From an uncultured Hyphomicrobiaceae bacterium (GTDB lineage Bacteria; Pseudomonadota; Alphaproteobacteria; Rhizobiales; CALHAX01): DNA of 64,000 nucleotides. A program made the position numbers and the translations under genes. The DNA lies in the NCBI GenBank assembly GCA_937931785.1, contig CALHAX010000008.1, forward strand, positions 7,892-71,891, read 5' to 3'. Below the pieces are notes generated by a model, which did not search any database, was not told the origin of the DNA, and saw nothing but the letters and a program-made list of their open reading frames with translations. Below, piece by piece: positions 28,122 through 37,530 of the stretch (its first letter is position 1; every line of letters begins with the position of its first letter).

Positions 28122-28205
28122 TTATCTCGAAAACGGCAGAGGCTGCTCTCCCGCCACCGCGATAAACCCAGGCTGACCGACCAGCTTCAGATTCCCACTA
28201 GACAT
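28122..28205 (-). CDS. Candidate 27-aa small ORF (MSSGNLKLVGQPGFIAVAGEQPLPFSR)
   Basis: Preceded by AGGAGGTGATCC-A-ATG and followed by hairpins and a terminator. Confidence 0.5.
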   Translation of the reverse strand: MSSGNLKLVGQPGFIAVAGEQPLPFSR

Positions 28206-28305
28206 TGGATCACCTCCTCTCGTTTGTTGAACATTCACAGAGCGTTGCATGATTTGCAGATTTTGCAAAGAGTCAAAAGTGCATCCTTTTCGCCGCACAT
28301 TGCAG

Positions 28306-30441
28306 TCACTGCAAGGTGTCCACATCGTTCTGTGTGACGATGTAATTTCCCAACATTCTGATCGTGTCACCTGGGCGAAGCACGGACCAGATACCGTTGT
28401 CCGGTGTTGCATCAGTCGAGTCCCCCAGCGGTACGGCGTCTCCGGTCAGGGTTTCATCTGCAGGCGACGGAGGCGCTCCGGAGGCATTGTGTGTGTCAGT
28501 GATGTCGACATTGTTGATTGTGACATTGCCGATATTAGTGACGAGATAGGTATAAATGATATCGTCGTTGACCCCGCGTTCCGTATCGTTGTCGGCGACC
28601 TTCGTGATTTGTAGCTCAGGAAGCGGTGCAATCGGTGTCACCACCGGCGCGTCGATCGGATCGCTGACCGATGTGCCGACGGGCGTATCAGCAGTTCCGG
28701 TCGCTGTATTGGAAACGCCACCGGCATCAACATCCGCCTGCACCAGTGTGTAGGACACCGTGAATTGTACCGTGTTTCCCGGCGCAACAGACGCATGACT
28801 TGCGGGTGTTGGCGGTCCATCCAGTGTCAGCGCACCACCCCCGATGCGGGTCAGGGTGTCTGTCACAGTGACATTGGTCAGGGTCGACGTTCCTGTGTTC
28901 TCAACATTGATCGTATATGTGATGACATCGCCAGCGTCACCAACCGCATTCAGATTTCCGCCGGTGACATCCAGTGATGCAGATTTCGTGGTCTCGATTG
29001 AAGATTGATCCACTGTCACCGACTGGCTGACCTGATTGTTCCCGCCTGTCCCGGTTCCACCGTTGTTGTCATTGGTGGCACCGGTGGTTGCGACAACTGT
29101 CGAGGTTCCCGCCGTGGTTGGCGTGCCGGAAACCGCGCAGCTGATTGACGCACCAACTGCAACTGTCGCCGGTGGCGTCGGCGTACACGATGTGACCGAA
29201 ACACCGGCGGGCAAGCCGACCACGGAGCAGGTCGCCGCGTTCGCACTGGATGCCCCGATGTTGGTGCACAAGACCGTGCCAGAGTAGGCCACGCCTACTT
29301 CTGCATTTACGGGCAGACCAGCGAGGTTGGGCGTCATGTCCGACTGAGGTTGGTCGTTCAGGAACGTACACGTCAGCGTGCGTCCGACCGTGTACGAGGC
29401 CGCAGGAATTGTGAGGGTCGTGCCGGAAACGCTGGTCGTGAGTGTGTTGCCCTGATTGTCGACGCATGTCGCGCTGGTCAGAACGAATGTACCCAAGCCA
29501 CTCTCCGTCACCGTAATGGGCTGGGAATTGTCAGACACCGTGAACGTGGCCGACGTCGCTGGGTTGGCAGTGCCGGTGTCGAGGTTGAATGATCCAACAC
29601 CGTTTGTCCCCGTATACGAAAAGCTGCTCGTGCCGTTGGTGGATTGCTTGCGGATGATCACGCGTGTTTCAGGCGTGCTCGCAACAAACTCGAATGCGTC
29701 CCCGGTTGTGGTATTCGATGCGTATTCCCAGACCAGCGCAAAGGTCACGCTCGTTACGCCAAGCCCGTTGAACTGGATTGAACCGCAACCAGCACTACTA
29801 CCGGCTGTGCAGGTTGACTGTACTGTACCGCCGTTTGTACTCCGGATGCTCGTTGTCGTGACGATCAGCCCGTTTGATCCATTGTTGTTCGAATCAAGCG
29901 CTGTAAGCGTAACGCCGGCAGGTGACGAGGTCGTCAGGTTCAGTCGGGCCGAGGAAGCTCCGGAGCCTGCGGAAGTACCGCCGAGGCGATCGATGTGGAG
30001 GATTGGATTGTCGACTGGTTTGCTGAACGTCACCGTGAGCGTTCGGTTCGTGCCGAACGGGGCCGCGTGGATCGTAAGCGACGGATCATTGGCCGGATTA
30101 CCACCGAGGTGCGGGTTGCTGTAGAATGCCGTATTGTTGACAAGAGTATTTGTCGACGCGTTGTTGGTGCTGCCGGACAGTGTCAAAGTTACTGTGGTTC
30201 CAGCCGATGTCGCCGATCCACTTGTACCAGCCGCGGTCCAGGCTCCGGTCGATGCCGCGTGAGCGGAGTGTTCCAGACAGGTCAACGCAAGAGCGGCAAC
30301 TGTCAGCCAACGTGCCCTGGCAAGACATCGCTGAACGAAACGCGATGGGTTCGCGCTGCACAGTTCAATTGCGCGCAAATGCGCGTGACGGGGCGATGAC
30401 ATGAATGCCCTGAGCTCCTGTGTGTCCCACCCAAACTGCAC
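28306..30441 (-). CDS. Large secreted Thr/Gly/Ser-rich Ig-like repeat protein (DUF11/DUF7507/SpaA-like), probable adhesin; start uncertain
   Basis: Signal peptide ending AHA; GDVITYTINVENTG...LTNVTVTD and Y.LVQADVD.G.VSNTAT repeats; C-terminal VTQNDVDTLQ. Confidence 0.8.
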   Translation of the reverse strand: MQFGWDTQELRAFMSSPRHAHLRAIELCSANPSRFVQRCLARARWLTVAALALTCLEHSAHAASTGAWTAAGTSGSATSAGTTVTLTLSGSTNNASTNTLVNNTAFYSNPHLGGNPANDPSLTIHAAPFGTNRTLTVTFSKPVDNPILHIDRLGGTSAGSGASSARLNLTTSSPAGVTLTALDSNNNGSNGLIVTTTSIRSTNGGTVQSTCTAGSSAGCGSIQFNGLGVTSVTFALVWEYASNTTTGDAFEFVASTPETRVIIRKQSTNGTSSFSYTGTNGVGSFNLDTGTANPATSATFTVSDNSQPITVTESGLGTFVLTSATCVDNQGNTLTTSVSGTTLTIPAASYTVGRTLTCTFLNDQPQSDMTPNLAGLPVNAEVGVAYSGTVLCTNIGASSANAATCSVVGLPAGVSVTSCTPTPPATVAVGASISCAVSGTPTTAGTSTVVATTGATNDNNGGTGTGGNNQVSQSVTVDQSSIETTKSASLDVTGGNLNAVGDAGDVITYTINVENTGTSTLTNVTVTDTLTRIGGGALTLDGPPTPASHASVAPGNTVQFTVSYTLVQADVDAGGVSNTATGTADTPVGTSVSDPIDAPVVTPIAPLPELQITKVADNDTERGVNDDIIYTYLVTNIGNVTINNVDITDTHNASGAPPSPADETLTGDAVPLGDSTDATPDNGIWSVLRPGDTIRMLGNYIVTQNDVDTLQ

Positions 30442-30722
30442 ACCGGATCAACCAGCGCGCAGCGCATACGCACAAAAACTCGTTCAAACTCGTTGGTATC
30501 CAGCAAAACGGATATCCGAATCAGCCCTATCAAAAACTAATACTTTGCACAATGAATGAGAACAGGCAGATGAATGTCTCGTAGAGAAATCTTCAGAGAG
30601 TGATCATGAAGCATCTGATCGGCGTGGGATTTCCGAAGTTGAGGCGCTTGAACTCAGTCTGAGCGGACAGCGGTGCTCTGAATTGATTTGGCACAGGGAT
30701 ACCACTTGCATACGCTGTACGT

Positions 30723-31076
30723 ATGAAACTTGATGCCCTTCATAGTTGTGTGGCTGCAGTCGCTGCTTGCACGTTCATTGTATGCGCGAGTCCGACACAT
30801 GCCGATGCCATTGATGGCACGTGGTGTTCTCCTGCAGGAGAGCAGGTTACGATCAACGGCGAGGATGTCACCACTCCCGGGGGCAATCAGGTCAAAGGTC
30901 AGTACACCCGGCATTCCATGGCCTTTCAGATCCCGCCTGGTGAAGCCGGTGCGGGCAAAAAGCTTTATATGGAGCAGCTTCACGAAGGTGCAGTCAAGGT
31001 GACGACGATTGCGGAAGTTCAGGTCGAACCGGGCCCGCATGAAGACTGGACACGCTGTAAGGCTGCCGTCAGCTGA
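30723..31076 (+). CDS. Secreted hypothetical protein
   Basis: Signal peptide, DAIDGTWC...TPGG...G.YTRH...W.RC. Confidence 0.75.
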   Translation: MKLDALHSCVAAVAACTFIVCASPTHADAIDGTWCSPAGEQVTINGEDVTTPGGNQVKGQYTRHSMAFQIPPGEAGAGKKLYMEQLHEGAVKVTTIAEVQVEPGPHEDWTRCKAAVS

Positions 31077-31213
31077 GTTTTGTCTATCGATGGTTCCAGT
31101 CAGTCCGGGTGGGTTGGCGCCCCTGCATTTCCCCTCTTTCAGCAACGCACTTTCGCGCGGTCCCCCATTTCGGCTAGTCTCCCGGATAATCGGGATTTGC
31201 GGGAGGGGACACA

Positions 31214-32488
31214 ATGCTATCCACGGGGTCACGCCTGTTCGTCGGGCTTGTTTTCAGCATTCTTGGGATTGCATTCATCGCCACATCTGCGGTGATGATC
31301 TACGAGTACCGAAACGCAAACTGGTTCACGATCGCCACGTTCTACAGCCACATCTTCGTGTTCTATGCGACCTTCGGTCTTGTCGCGCTTGCTGCATTTT
31401 ATATCCCGGCCTGCGTATTTACTGACATGTACTGGAAGCATGTCTACAAGGGACGTCTGCGGTTTATTGCCGGTTTTGTCGTGCTGGCTGGTGCATCCTA
31501 TGCCATGGCCCAGGCCTTGTCCGCCGGGAACGAGCATACGTTCTGGGAACTGACGCCCAGCGCTGTGCAGGCTGATACGGGCAGTCAACTGCAATGCGGA
31601 ACGGAAGACAATCCGCGCGTTTGCAACCGGGTTCCGGCATTGCGTGCGCTTAGTGAAGTTCGTGAGATCAGCCAGAGTCGTGTTGGTCTTGCGCCGTTCG
31701 GGCGAAAATGCAACCCGGATCCACTGGTGGAAGCACCGCCCGAACTGTCTGCCAAACGTTGGTGTTTTGTAACCCGCACGCACGAAACCGCCCCAACCTG
31801 CTGTCGCGTTCAACAGAATTTTGTTTCCTACATGAGTAGCGTCTATCGCAATCCGGAAAACCGCTCCCTGACAGGGTACGTCATCGAACGGGTGCTTCCG
31901 TTCAACGTGTTTTTCCTTTTGGTGCTCCTTGTCGTCGGGGTTCTGCTTGCACTGCGTCGGCGTGGTATCGATGAACACTATGGCGCGATGTCACACAGGA
32001 TTGAATCCGGCGTTCTGACAGGAGCGGCGGTAATGTTGTTTTGGCCTGTTATGAACCATGCTTACCTGCAATCGGCGGCGGTTCTCCATGGACCGCAAGG
32101 CGACAGCCTGTTCCGATTGCTGGGCCCCGGCTTCAGCCTGCTCTTTGGTGGATGGGCACTTTTACTTCTGTTCTACTTTCATAGGCGTTACGAAAAATCG
32201 CTGGAAGCTGTCGGCAAGATCGCCGGTTTGTTGGCGAGCGCGGTGGCTGTCCTGCAATACGATAACATCGTCAATTACGCAGTTTACATCACAGGGTCTG
32301 GTGCCAATCATCTGACGCTGGGCATCATGATGCTGCTGGGTGTTGTCGCGCTTGTGCAATTGATCGTGCGCATGTCGTCACGTGACGGCAGCGCATTTGG
32401 TGAAGAAGCTATTGTCGCCCCGGAAAAGACAACTGGTGCGCCAGCTTCTGTCAAGAACGACGGTGTTACGTCCCTGAGTCGTCCCTGA
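31214..32488 (+). CDS. Polytopic membrane protein with a Cys-rich extracytoplasmic loop
   Basis: GGAGG RBS; 3 N-terminal and about 5 C-terminal TM helices flanking a loop with six Cys. Confidence 0.75.
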   Translation: MLSTGSRLFVGLVFSILGIAFIATSAVMIYEYRNANWFTIATFYSHIFVFYATFGLVALAAFYIPACVFTDMYWKHVYKGRLRFIAGFVVLAGASYAMAQALSAGNEHTFWELTPSAVQADTGSQLQCGTEDNPRVCNRVPALRALSEVREISQSRVGLAPFGRKCNPDPLVEAPPELSAKRWCFVTRTHETAPTCCRVQQNFVSYMSSVYRNPENRSLTGYVIERVLPFNVFFLLVLLVVGVLLALRRRGIDEHYGAMSHRIESGVLTGAAVMLFWPVMNHAYLQSAAVLHGPQGDSLFRLLGPGFSLLFGGWALLLLFYFHRRYEKSLEAVGKIAGLLASAVAVLQYDNIVNYAVYITGSGANHLTLGIMMLLGVVALVQLIVRMSSRDGSAFGEEAIVAPEKTTGAPASVKNDGVTSLSRP

Positions 32489-32603
32489 ACTCTCCTTGAC
32501 GGGTCGTTCCGGGACAGACGTTACAGCCTGTCCGTCGTAACCGGGCGCGTGTCTGCACGCGGTCTTGGATAGTCTCGCCTCATTGGAGAACGCGGGGCAG
32601 CAC

Positions 32604-34166
32604 ATGAACGATGTGACACCATTGAAGTCAACGGTACGTCCGACACGTTCAGCACGTGGAGGCGGGCGTGCTGCACGTCAATCCACCGCCCGCACGACAG
32701 TTGCCCGGCCCGCTTACATCCAGCGCAAGATTCCATATTTCGAATTCATGGATGAAGAGGCGCTTGTTCGCATCGAAGACCACGCAGACTGGTTGATTCA
32801 GGAGATCGGCATTGAGTTTCGCGACGACCCGCAAGCACTGCGGATCTGGAAAGAAGCCGGCGCTGATGTTGATGGCGTGCGTGTGCGCTTGCCTGCCGGT
32901 GTCGCAAGAGATTTCTGCAAAACCGCCCCGTCGCAAATTACCCAGCACGCCCGCAATCCGGCAAAGACCGTGAAAATGGGGGATGGTGCGATGGTTTTTG
33001 CTCCTGTTTACGGCCCCCCGTTCGTACGATGCCTCGACATGGGACGGCGCTATGGCTCGCTGGAAGATTTTGAGAACCTCGTCAAGCTGACGTCGATGCT
33101 GCCTGCGCTGCATCATTCGGGCGGCGTCACATGCGAGCCGTGCGATGTTCCCGTCAACAAGCGCCATCTGGATATGGTCTATGGTCACATGCGCTGGTCC
33201 GACAAACCGTTCCTTGGGATGATCACCGAGAAATCACGCGCAGAAGACTCTGTCGCTATGGCGCGGATCCTGTTTGGCGCAGGCTTTATGGACGAGCATT
33301 GCGTGATTATGGGCAACGTCAATGCCAACTCGCCCCTAATGTTCGACAAGGTTGCGAGCGAAGCAATCCAGGTCTATTGCGGTGCCAACCAGGGGATCAT
33401 TGTCGTTCCATTCATCCTCGGCGGTGCCATGGGCCCTGTCACAACGGCTGCGTCTCTTGGGCAGGCATTCGCAGAAGCAATGATGGCATGTGCATTCAGC
33501 CAACTCGTGCGCCCCGGCGCCCCCTTCATTCTTGGAAATTTTCTCTCCTCAATGAGCCTCAAGTCCGGTGCTCCGACGTTTGGAATGCCGGAGCCGGTGA
33601 TGTCGAACTATGCCATTGGACAATTGGCGCGACGGCTGGGTGTGCCATTGCGTTCCGGTGGTTCGCTGACGGCGTCCAAGTTGCCGGATGCACAAGCGGC
33701 ATACGAAAGCGCTGACAGCATGCATTCGACAGCGATCGGTGGAGCGAACTTTGTGCTTCATGCGGCCGGTTGGCTTGAAGCGGGACTCGCCACCTCTTAC
33801 GAAAAGCTCTTGATGGATGCCGATCGTCTTGGTGCCTACGAGGTGATGATGAACGGCATCGCCACAGACACAAATGGTCTTGGTCGCTCGGCGTATGATG
33901 ATACGGAACCCGCCGGTCATTTTCTCGGCAGCGGCCACACACTGGCAAATTATGAAACGGCCTACTACGATGCCACGATGTCCAATTCGGAAAGCTTTGA
34001 GCAGTGGTCCGACGAAGGTTCGAAGGATTCCGCCGTGCGAGCCAATGAGCGCTGGAAGAAAATGTTGCGGGACTACGAAGCCCCACCATTGGACGAGGCG
34101 AAAGACGAGGAACTTCGGTCGTTCGTCGCGCAAAAGAAGGCTTCCATGGACGACGCATGGTATTGA
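32604..34166 (+). CDS. Trimethylamine methyltransferase (MttB) superfamily, non-pyrrolysine
   Basis: GGGRAAR leader, YGPPFV, CEP.DVPVNKRHLD, NANSPL, GAMGPVT, GAPTFGMPE, ASK.PDAQAAYES, HAAGWLE. No in-frame TAG. Confidence 0.93.
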   Translation: MNDVTPLKSTVRPTRSARGGGRAARQSTARTTVARPAYIQRKIPYFEFMDEEALVRIEDHADWLIQEIGIEFRDDPQALRIWKEAGADVDGVRVRLPAGVARDFCKTAPSQITQHARNPAKTVKMGDGAMVFAPVYGPPFVRCLDMGRRYGSLEDFENLVKLTSMLPALHHSGGVTCEPCDVPVNKRHLDMVYGHMRWSDKPFLGMITEKSRAEDSVAMARILFGAGFMDEHCVIMGNVNANSPLMFDKVASEAIQVYCGANQGIIVVPFILGGAMGPVTTAASLGQAFAEAMMACAFSQLVRPGAPFILGNFLSSMSLKSGAPTFGMPEPVMSNYAIGQLARRLGVPLRSGGSLTASKLPDAQAAYESADSMHSTAIGGANFVLHAAGWLEAGLATSYEKLLMDADRLGAYEVMMNGIATDTNGLGRSAYDDTEPAGHFLGSGHTLANYETAYYDATMSNSESFEQWSDEGSKDSAVRANERWKKMLRDYEAPPLDEAKDEELRSFVAQKKASMDDAWY

Positions 34167-34217
34167 GACGTTCCTCTGCTCGTAATGGAGAGAGGGAAAA
34201 GATGGAATGAAATGCAA

Positions 34218-36260
34218 ATGACCTCCAATGATCCTCTGCTCCAGTCTTATCAACTCAAGCATCTGACGTTGAAGAACCGCATCATGTCGACGGCGCATGA
34301 ACCGTCTTACTCCGTGGATGGCATGCCGAAGGAGCGTTATCGGCTTTACCACGCGGAAAAGGCGAAGGGTGGTATTGCCATGACGATGACGGCGGGATCA
34401 GCCGTTGTCTCGCAGGACAGTCCGGAAGCATTCGGGAACCTTCACGCTTACAAGGAGGAAATTGTCCCATGGTTGCGGGACATGACGGATGCCTGCCACG
34501 AGTACGACTGCGCCGTCATGATGCAGATTACGCATCTCGGTCGCCGCACAAACTGGAACAAGGGGGATTGGCTGCCTGTCCTCGCTCCATCGCCACTGCG
34601 TGAATCTGCACACCGCGCGTTCCCGAAAGAGGCGGAAGAATGGGATATCGCCCGTATCGTCGAGGATTACGCAACGGCAGCAGAGCACATGCAGGCGGGC
34701 GGGCTGGACGGCATCGAACTCGAAGCCTATGGCCATTTGACGGATCAGTTCTGGTCTCCGCTGACCAACACGCGCGAAGATGAGTATGGCGGTTCGCTCG
34801 ACAATCGCATGCGGTTTTCATGGGAGATCATTGACGCCATTCGCAAGCGTGTCGGTCCGGATTTCATCGTCGGTATTCGCATGGTCACGGACGAGATGTC
34901 TGATACGGGTCTGACCAGCGGAGAGGGGATTGAAATCGCGCGCCGGATGGCGACTTCCGGCAAGATCGACTTTCTGAACATCATCAAGGGACGCGTGGAC
35001 TCAGACGCATTGCTGACAAACGTCATTCCTGTGCATGGCATGCAGTCTGCGCCCCATCTTGATTTTGCAGGCGATGTGCGTGCCGCAACAAAATTCCCTG
35101 TGTTTCATGCTGCCCGAATTCCGGATGTCGCGACCGCACGCCATGCCATTGCAGAGGGTAAACTCGACATGGTGGGCATGACGCGTGCGCACATCGCCGA
35201 TCCGCACATCGTCAACAAGATCATGGAAAAGCGTGAGGACGAAATCCGCCCGTGTGTCGGCGCCACGTACTGCCTCGATCGTATTTACGAAGGGCATGAA
35301 GCGCTCTGCATACACAACCCGGCCACCAGCCGTGAATCCACGATGCCTCAGGTCGTAACGGCGAAAAAGGGAAAAAAACGCAAAGCCGTTATCGTCGGTG
35401 CCGGTCCGGCAGGACTCGAAGCGGCTCGCGTGCTGTCTGCGCGCGGGCACGCTGTGCAGCTTTTCGAAGCCGCAGATCAGGCCGGAGGACAAGTGCGCCT
35501 GTCCACGCAGCTCCCGCGCCGTCGCGAATTCATAGGTATCATCGATTGGCGTATGGCGATGTGTGAGCGACAAGGTGTCGAGATGACATTCAACACGTTC
35601 GCGGATGTCGATGATGTGCTCGCCAGTGAACCGGACGTGGTGATTATCGCCACCGGCGGTCTCCCTAACACGGACATTCTCGCGAGCGGGAACGAACTCG
35701 TCGTCTCGGGCTGGGATATTCTCTCCGGCGACGTGAAACCGGGCGAACAGGTTCTGTTCTACGATGACAACGCTGCCCACGCCGGTTTTGCCGCCGCTGA
35801 ATTTTTGGCGCGCGCCGGAGCGGAACTGGAAATCGTTACACCGGAGCGTTTCTTCGCCGCAGACATCGGCGGTCTGAACCACGTGAAATACGCTGAGTGC
35901 TTCGCCGAGAACGATGTCCGGATCACGATCAACACACGTCTCGTGTCTGTTACGAAGAAGGGCAATCGCCTCGAAGCAAATCTGGGCACGGACTACGGCG
36001 AACGCACATGGACCCGCGAAGTCGATCAGGTCGTCGTTGAACACGGAACCCTGCCGCTGGACGACCTCTACTTCGAACTCAAGCCTCGCTCGAAAAACGA
36101 AGGCATTGTCGATTACCAAAAGCTGATCAATGGCGAGCCTCAGAATGTGGCAACCAATCGTGAGGGAAAGTTTCAGCTCTTCCGTATCGGTGACGCTGTC
36201 GCCAGTCGCAACATCCACGCCGCCATCTACGATGCGTTGCGCCTGTGTAAGGATCTGTGA
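34218..36260 (+). CDS. stcD: OYE-like NADH:flavin oxidoreductase, N-methylproline demethylase-like
   Basis: NDPLLQ.YQLKHLTLKNRI...AHEP.Y..DGMPKERYR and HLGRRT.W.KGDWLPV resemble S. meliloti StcD as I recall it. Fe-S motif CVGATYC...CIHN, GAGPAG, IGDAVASRNIHAA. Confidence 0.85.
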   Translation: MTSNDPLLQSYQLKHLTLKNRIMSTAHEPSYSVDGMPKERYRLYHAEKAKGGIAMTMTAGSAVVSQDSPEAFGNLHAYKEEIVPWLRDMTDACHEYDCAVMMQITHLGRRTNWNKGDWLPVLAPSPLRESAHRAFPKEAEEWDIARIVEDYATAAEHMQAGGLDGIELEAYGHLTDQFWSPLTNTREDEYGGSLDNRMRFSWEIIDAIRKRVGPDFIVGIRMVTDEMSDTGLTSGEGIEIARRMATSGKIDFLNIIKGRVDSDALLTNVIPVHGMQSAPHLDFAGDVRAATKFPVFHAARIPDVATARHAIAEGKLDMVGMTRAHIADPHIVNKIMEKREDEIRPCVGATYCLDRIYEGHEALCIHNPATSRESTMPQVVTAKKGKKRKAVIVGAGPAGLEAARVLSARGHAVQLFEAADQAGGQVRLSTQLPRRREFIGIIDWRMAMCERQGVEMTFNTFADVDDVLASEPDVVIIATGGLPNTDILASGNELVVSGWDILSGDVKPGEQVLFYDDNAAHAGFAAAEFLARAGAELEIVTPERFFAADIGGLNHVKYAECFAENDVRITINTRLVSVTKKGNRLEANLGTDYGERTWTREVDQVVVEHGTLPLDDLYFELKPRSKNEGIVDYQKLINGEPQNVATNREGKFQLFRIGDAVASRNIHAAIYDALRLCKDL

Positions 36261-36295
36261 GCTGGAAGTGGCCGACACATCAATCACCCCATACG

Positions 36296-36329
36296 AAAAA
36301 GGACTGGCCATGTCGCCATAGCCAGTCCT
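36296..36329 (-). terminator. Rho-independent terminator (minus strand; may be bidirectional)
   Basis: AGGACTGGC-loop-GCCAGTCCT running into a T5 tract on the minus strand. Confidence 0.7.
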
Positions 36330-36381
36330 CGTTCGTCTGCTCATGCGGATCGTTTGTCAGATCACATGACGCATATCGGAG

Positions 36382-36537
36382 TCAGATGATACTTGGTGGA
36401 TGGAGATGATGGTGGCGCCAGAGGAAATGGGAAACATGTCGAAGATCTTCGCGTAAAGACCCTTCGTCTTGTTCTGAAAAATAGTCCTCATGTTCGTTCG
36501 GGCGTTCAGTCGTATTCGGCAACATGCGTTTCAGCAT
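36382..36537 (-). CDS. Candidate 51-aa small protein with His-rich C-terminus
   Basis: GGAG-N6-ATG, MLKRMLPN...LWRHHHLHPPSII, downstream terminator. Confidence 0.5.
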   Translation of the reverse strand: MLKRMLPNTTERPNEHEDYFSEQDEGSLREDLRHVSHFLWRHHHLHPPSII

Positions 36538-36868
36538 GATTTGCTCCATCGTTTGGATGTGCTGTGTCCAACGCAACCTTCCATCAAACAGCCCTTACGA
36601 CACGGCAAATCTCCACTGACCAACGTATGTTGAATCACGGATCCCTGGAATGTGTTTGGTTCGAGCAATGGCGCACACAGCGGTATTTTCACATTGCCGC
36701 ACCCGAGAGTGCGACGTGAGACCTGGGTTGCCTTCGACACCCGAAAGGTGAGGAAGGCGCCTCAGGCGTGAGTGAGGTGCGTTCATCCGTTTTCACCTCT
36801 ATGGCCGCGGCTAACGCCGCCAGCCGACTGTGGGAGTCATCCCACGAGTCGAGTCTTGCGGGCAAACG

Positions 36869-36884
36869 TTAAGAAAATGTTAAC
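36869..36884. promoter_or_regulatory. Consensus CtrA box
   Basis: TTAA-GAAAATG-TTAAC is an exact TTAA-N7-TTAAC match in intergenic DNA. Confidence 0.7.
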
Positions 36885-36927
36885 GTTGTTTGTCTTGCAA
36901 CTCGCCCGCCCGTCGACTTTGCCCGGT

Positions 36928-37500
36928 TCAACTAGTCCAGGGCTTCTGCGCACGATCCATTTTCTCAATCTGCAAAATTCGGCTTTCTGCGGGCAGCTCC
37001 ATTTGAGCCCGCAGATAATTCAGTCGTTGTACGACGGTTGGCGGGCGTTCATGGGTGTTGGACAGCAAGCGCTGGAACCACGTCATTCCGTGAACCGCGG
37101 CACGACATCCACCAACTGCGCGGGCATAGTCGCGCATCGCCGCTTCGTGTTTCCCAAGATGGTCAGCAATAATGCCACGTGTCGCATGATTGCAGGCGTC
37201 GTCCGGGTCTGCCGCCACGACGCGTGTCATGATGGCGTGCGCTTCATCATATCGGGCAAGTTGCGCAAGGCTGTTGGCTTGGCCCCGTCGCGCAGCCAGG
37301 TTGTCGACGTCGCTCGCAGCAATCTTCGAGAACAGGCTGTAAGCACGGTTCCAGTCACCGGAATTGAACGCATCTGACGCGGCTTGATGCGCCGCAACTG
37401 CCGGGTCGCGGTTCGAGATGTGATCCCAGGCAAGCACGCCCCCAACAAGCAACGTGCCGACGACAGCAAGGCGTTGCAGAGTCTTCAACGTGTCAGTCAT
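36928..37500 (-). CDS. TPR-repeat protein with N-terminal membrane anchor
   Basis: Hydrophobic N-terminus, helical repeats (A.SLAQLARYDEA, RGII.D.LG.HEAA..DY.RA). Confidence 0.8.
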   Translation of the reverse strand: MTDTLKTLQRLAVVGTLLVGGVLAWDHISNRDPAVAAHQAASDAFNSGDWNRAYSLFSKIAASDVDNLAARRGQANSLAQLARYDEAHAIMTRVVAADPDDACNHATRGIIADHLGKHEAAMRDYARAVGGCRAAVHGMTWFQRLLSNTHERPPTVVQRLNYLRAQMELPAESRILQIEKMDRAQKPWTS

Positions 37501-37530
37501 ACGCACAATCCTTGACCAGTGCTACGATAC

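Noticed and set aside
28207-28218. GGATCACCTCCT as a 16S rRNA fragment
   Set aside because: The flanks show no rRNA similarity. It is better read as an extended SD on the minus strand.
32604-34166. Pyrrolysine recoding in the MttB-family gene
   Set aside because: The ORF is continuous with no in-frame TAG, and no pyl genes are present.
35001-36344. 447-aa minus-strand ORF, and similar long shadow ORFs (1010-1954, 33549-34352, 47089-47934, 42146-43015)
   Set aside because: They are antisense to well-supported genes and carry no recognisable motifs. Such ORFs are expected in GC-rich coding DNA.
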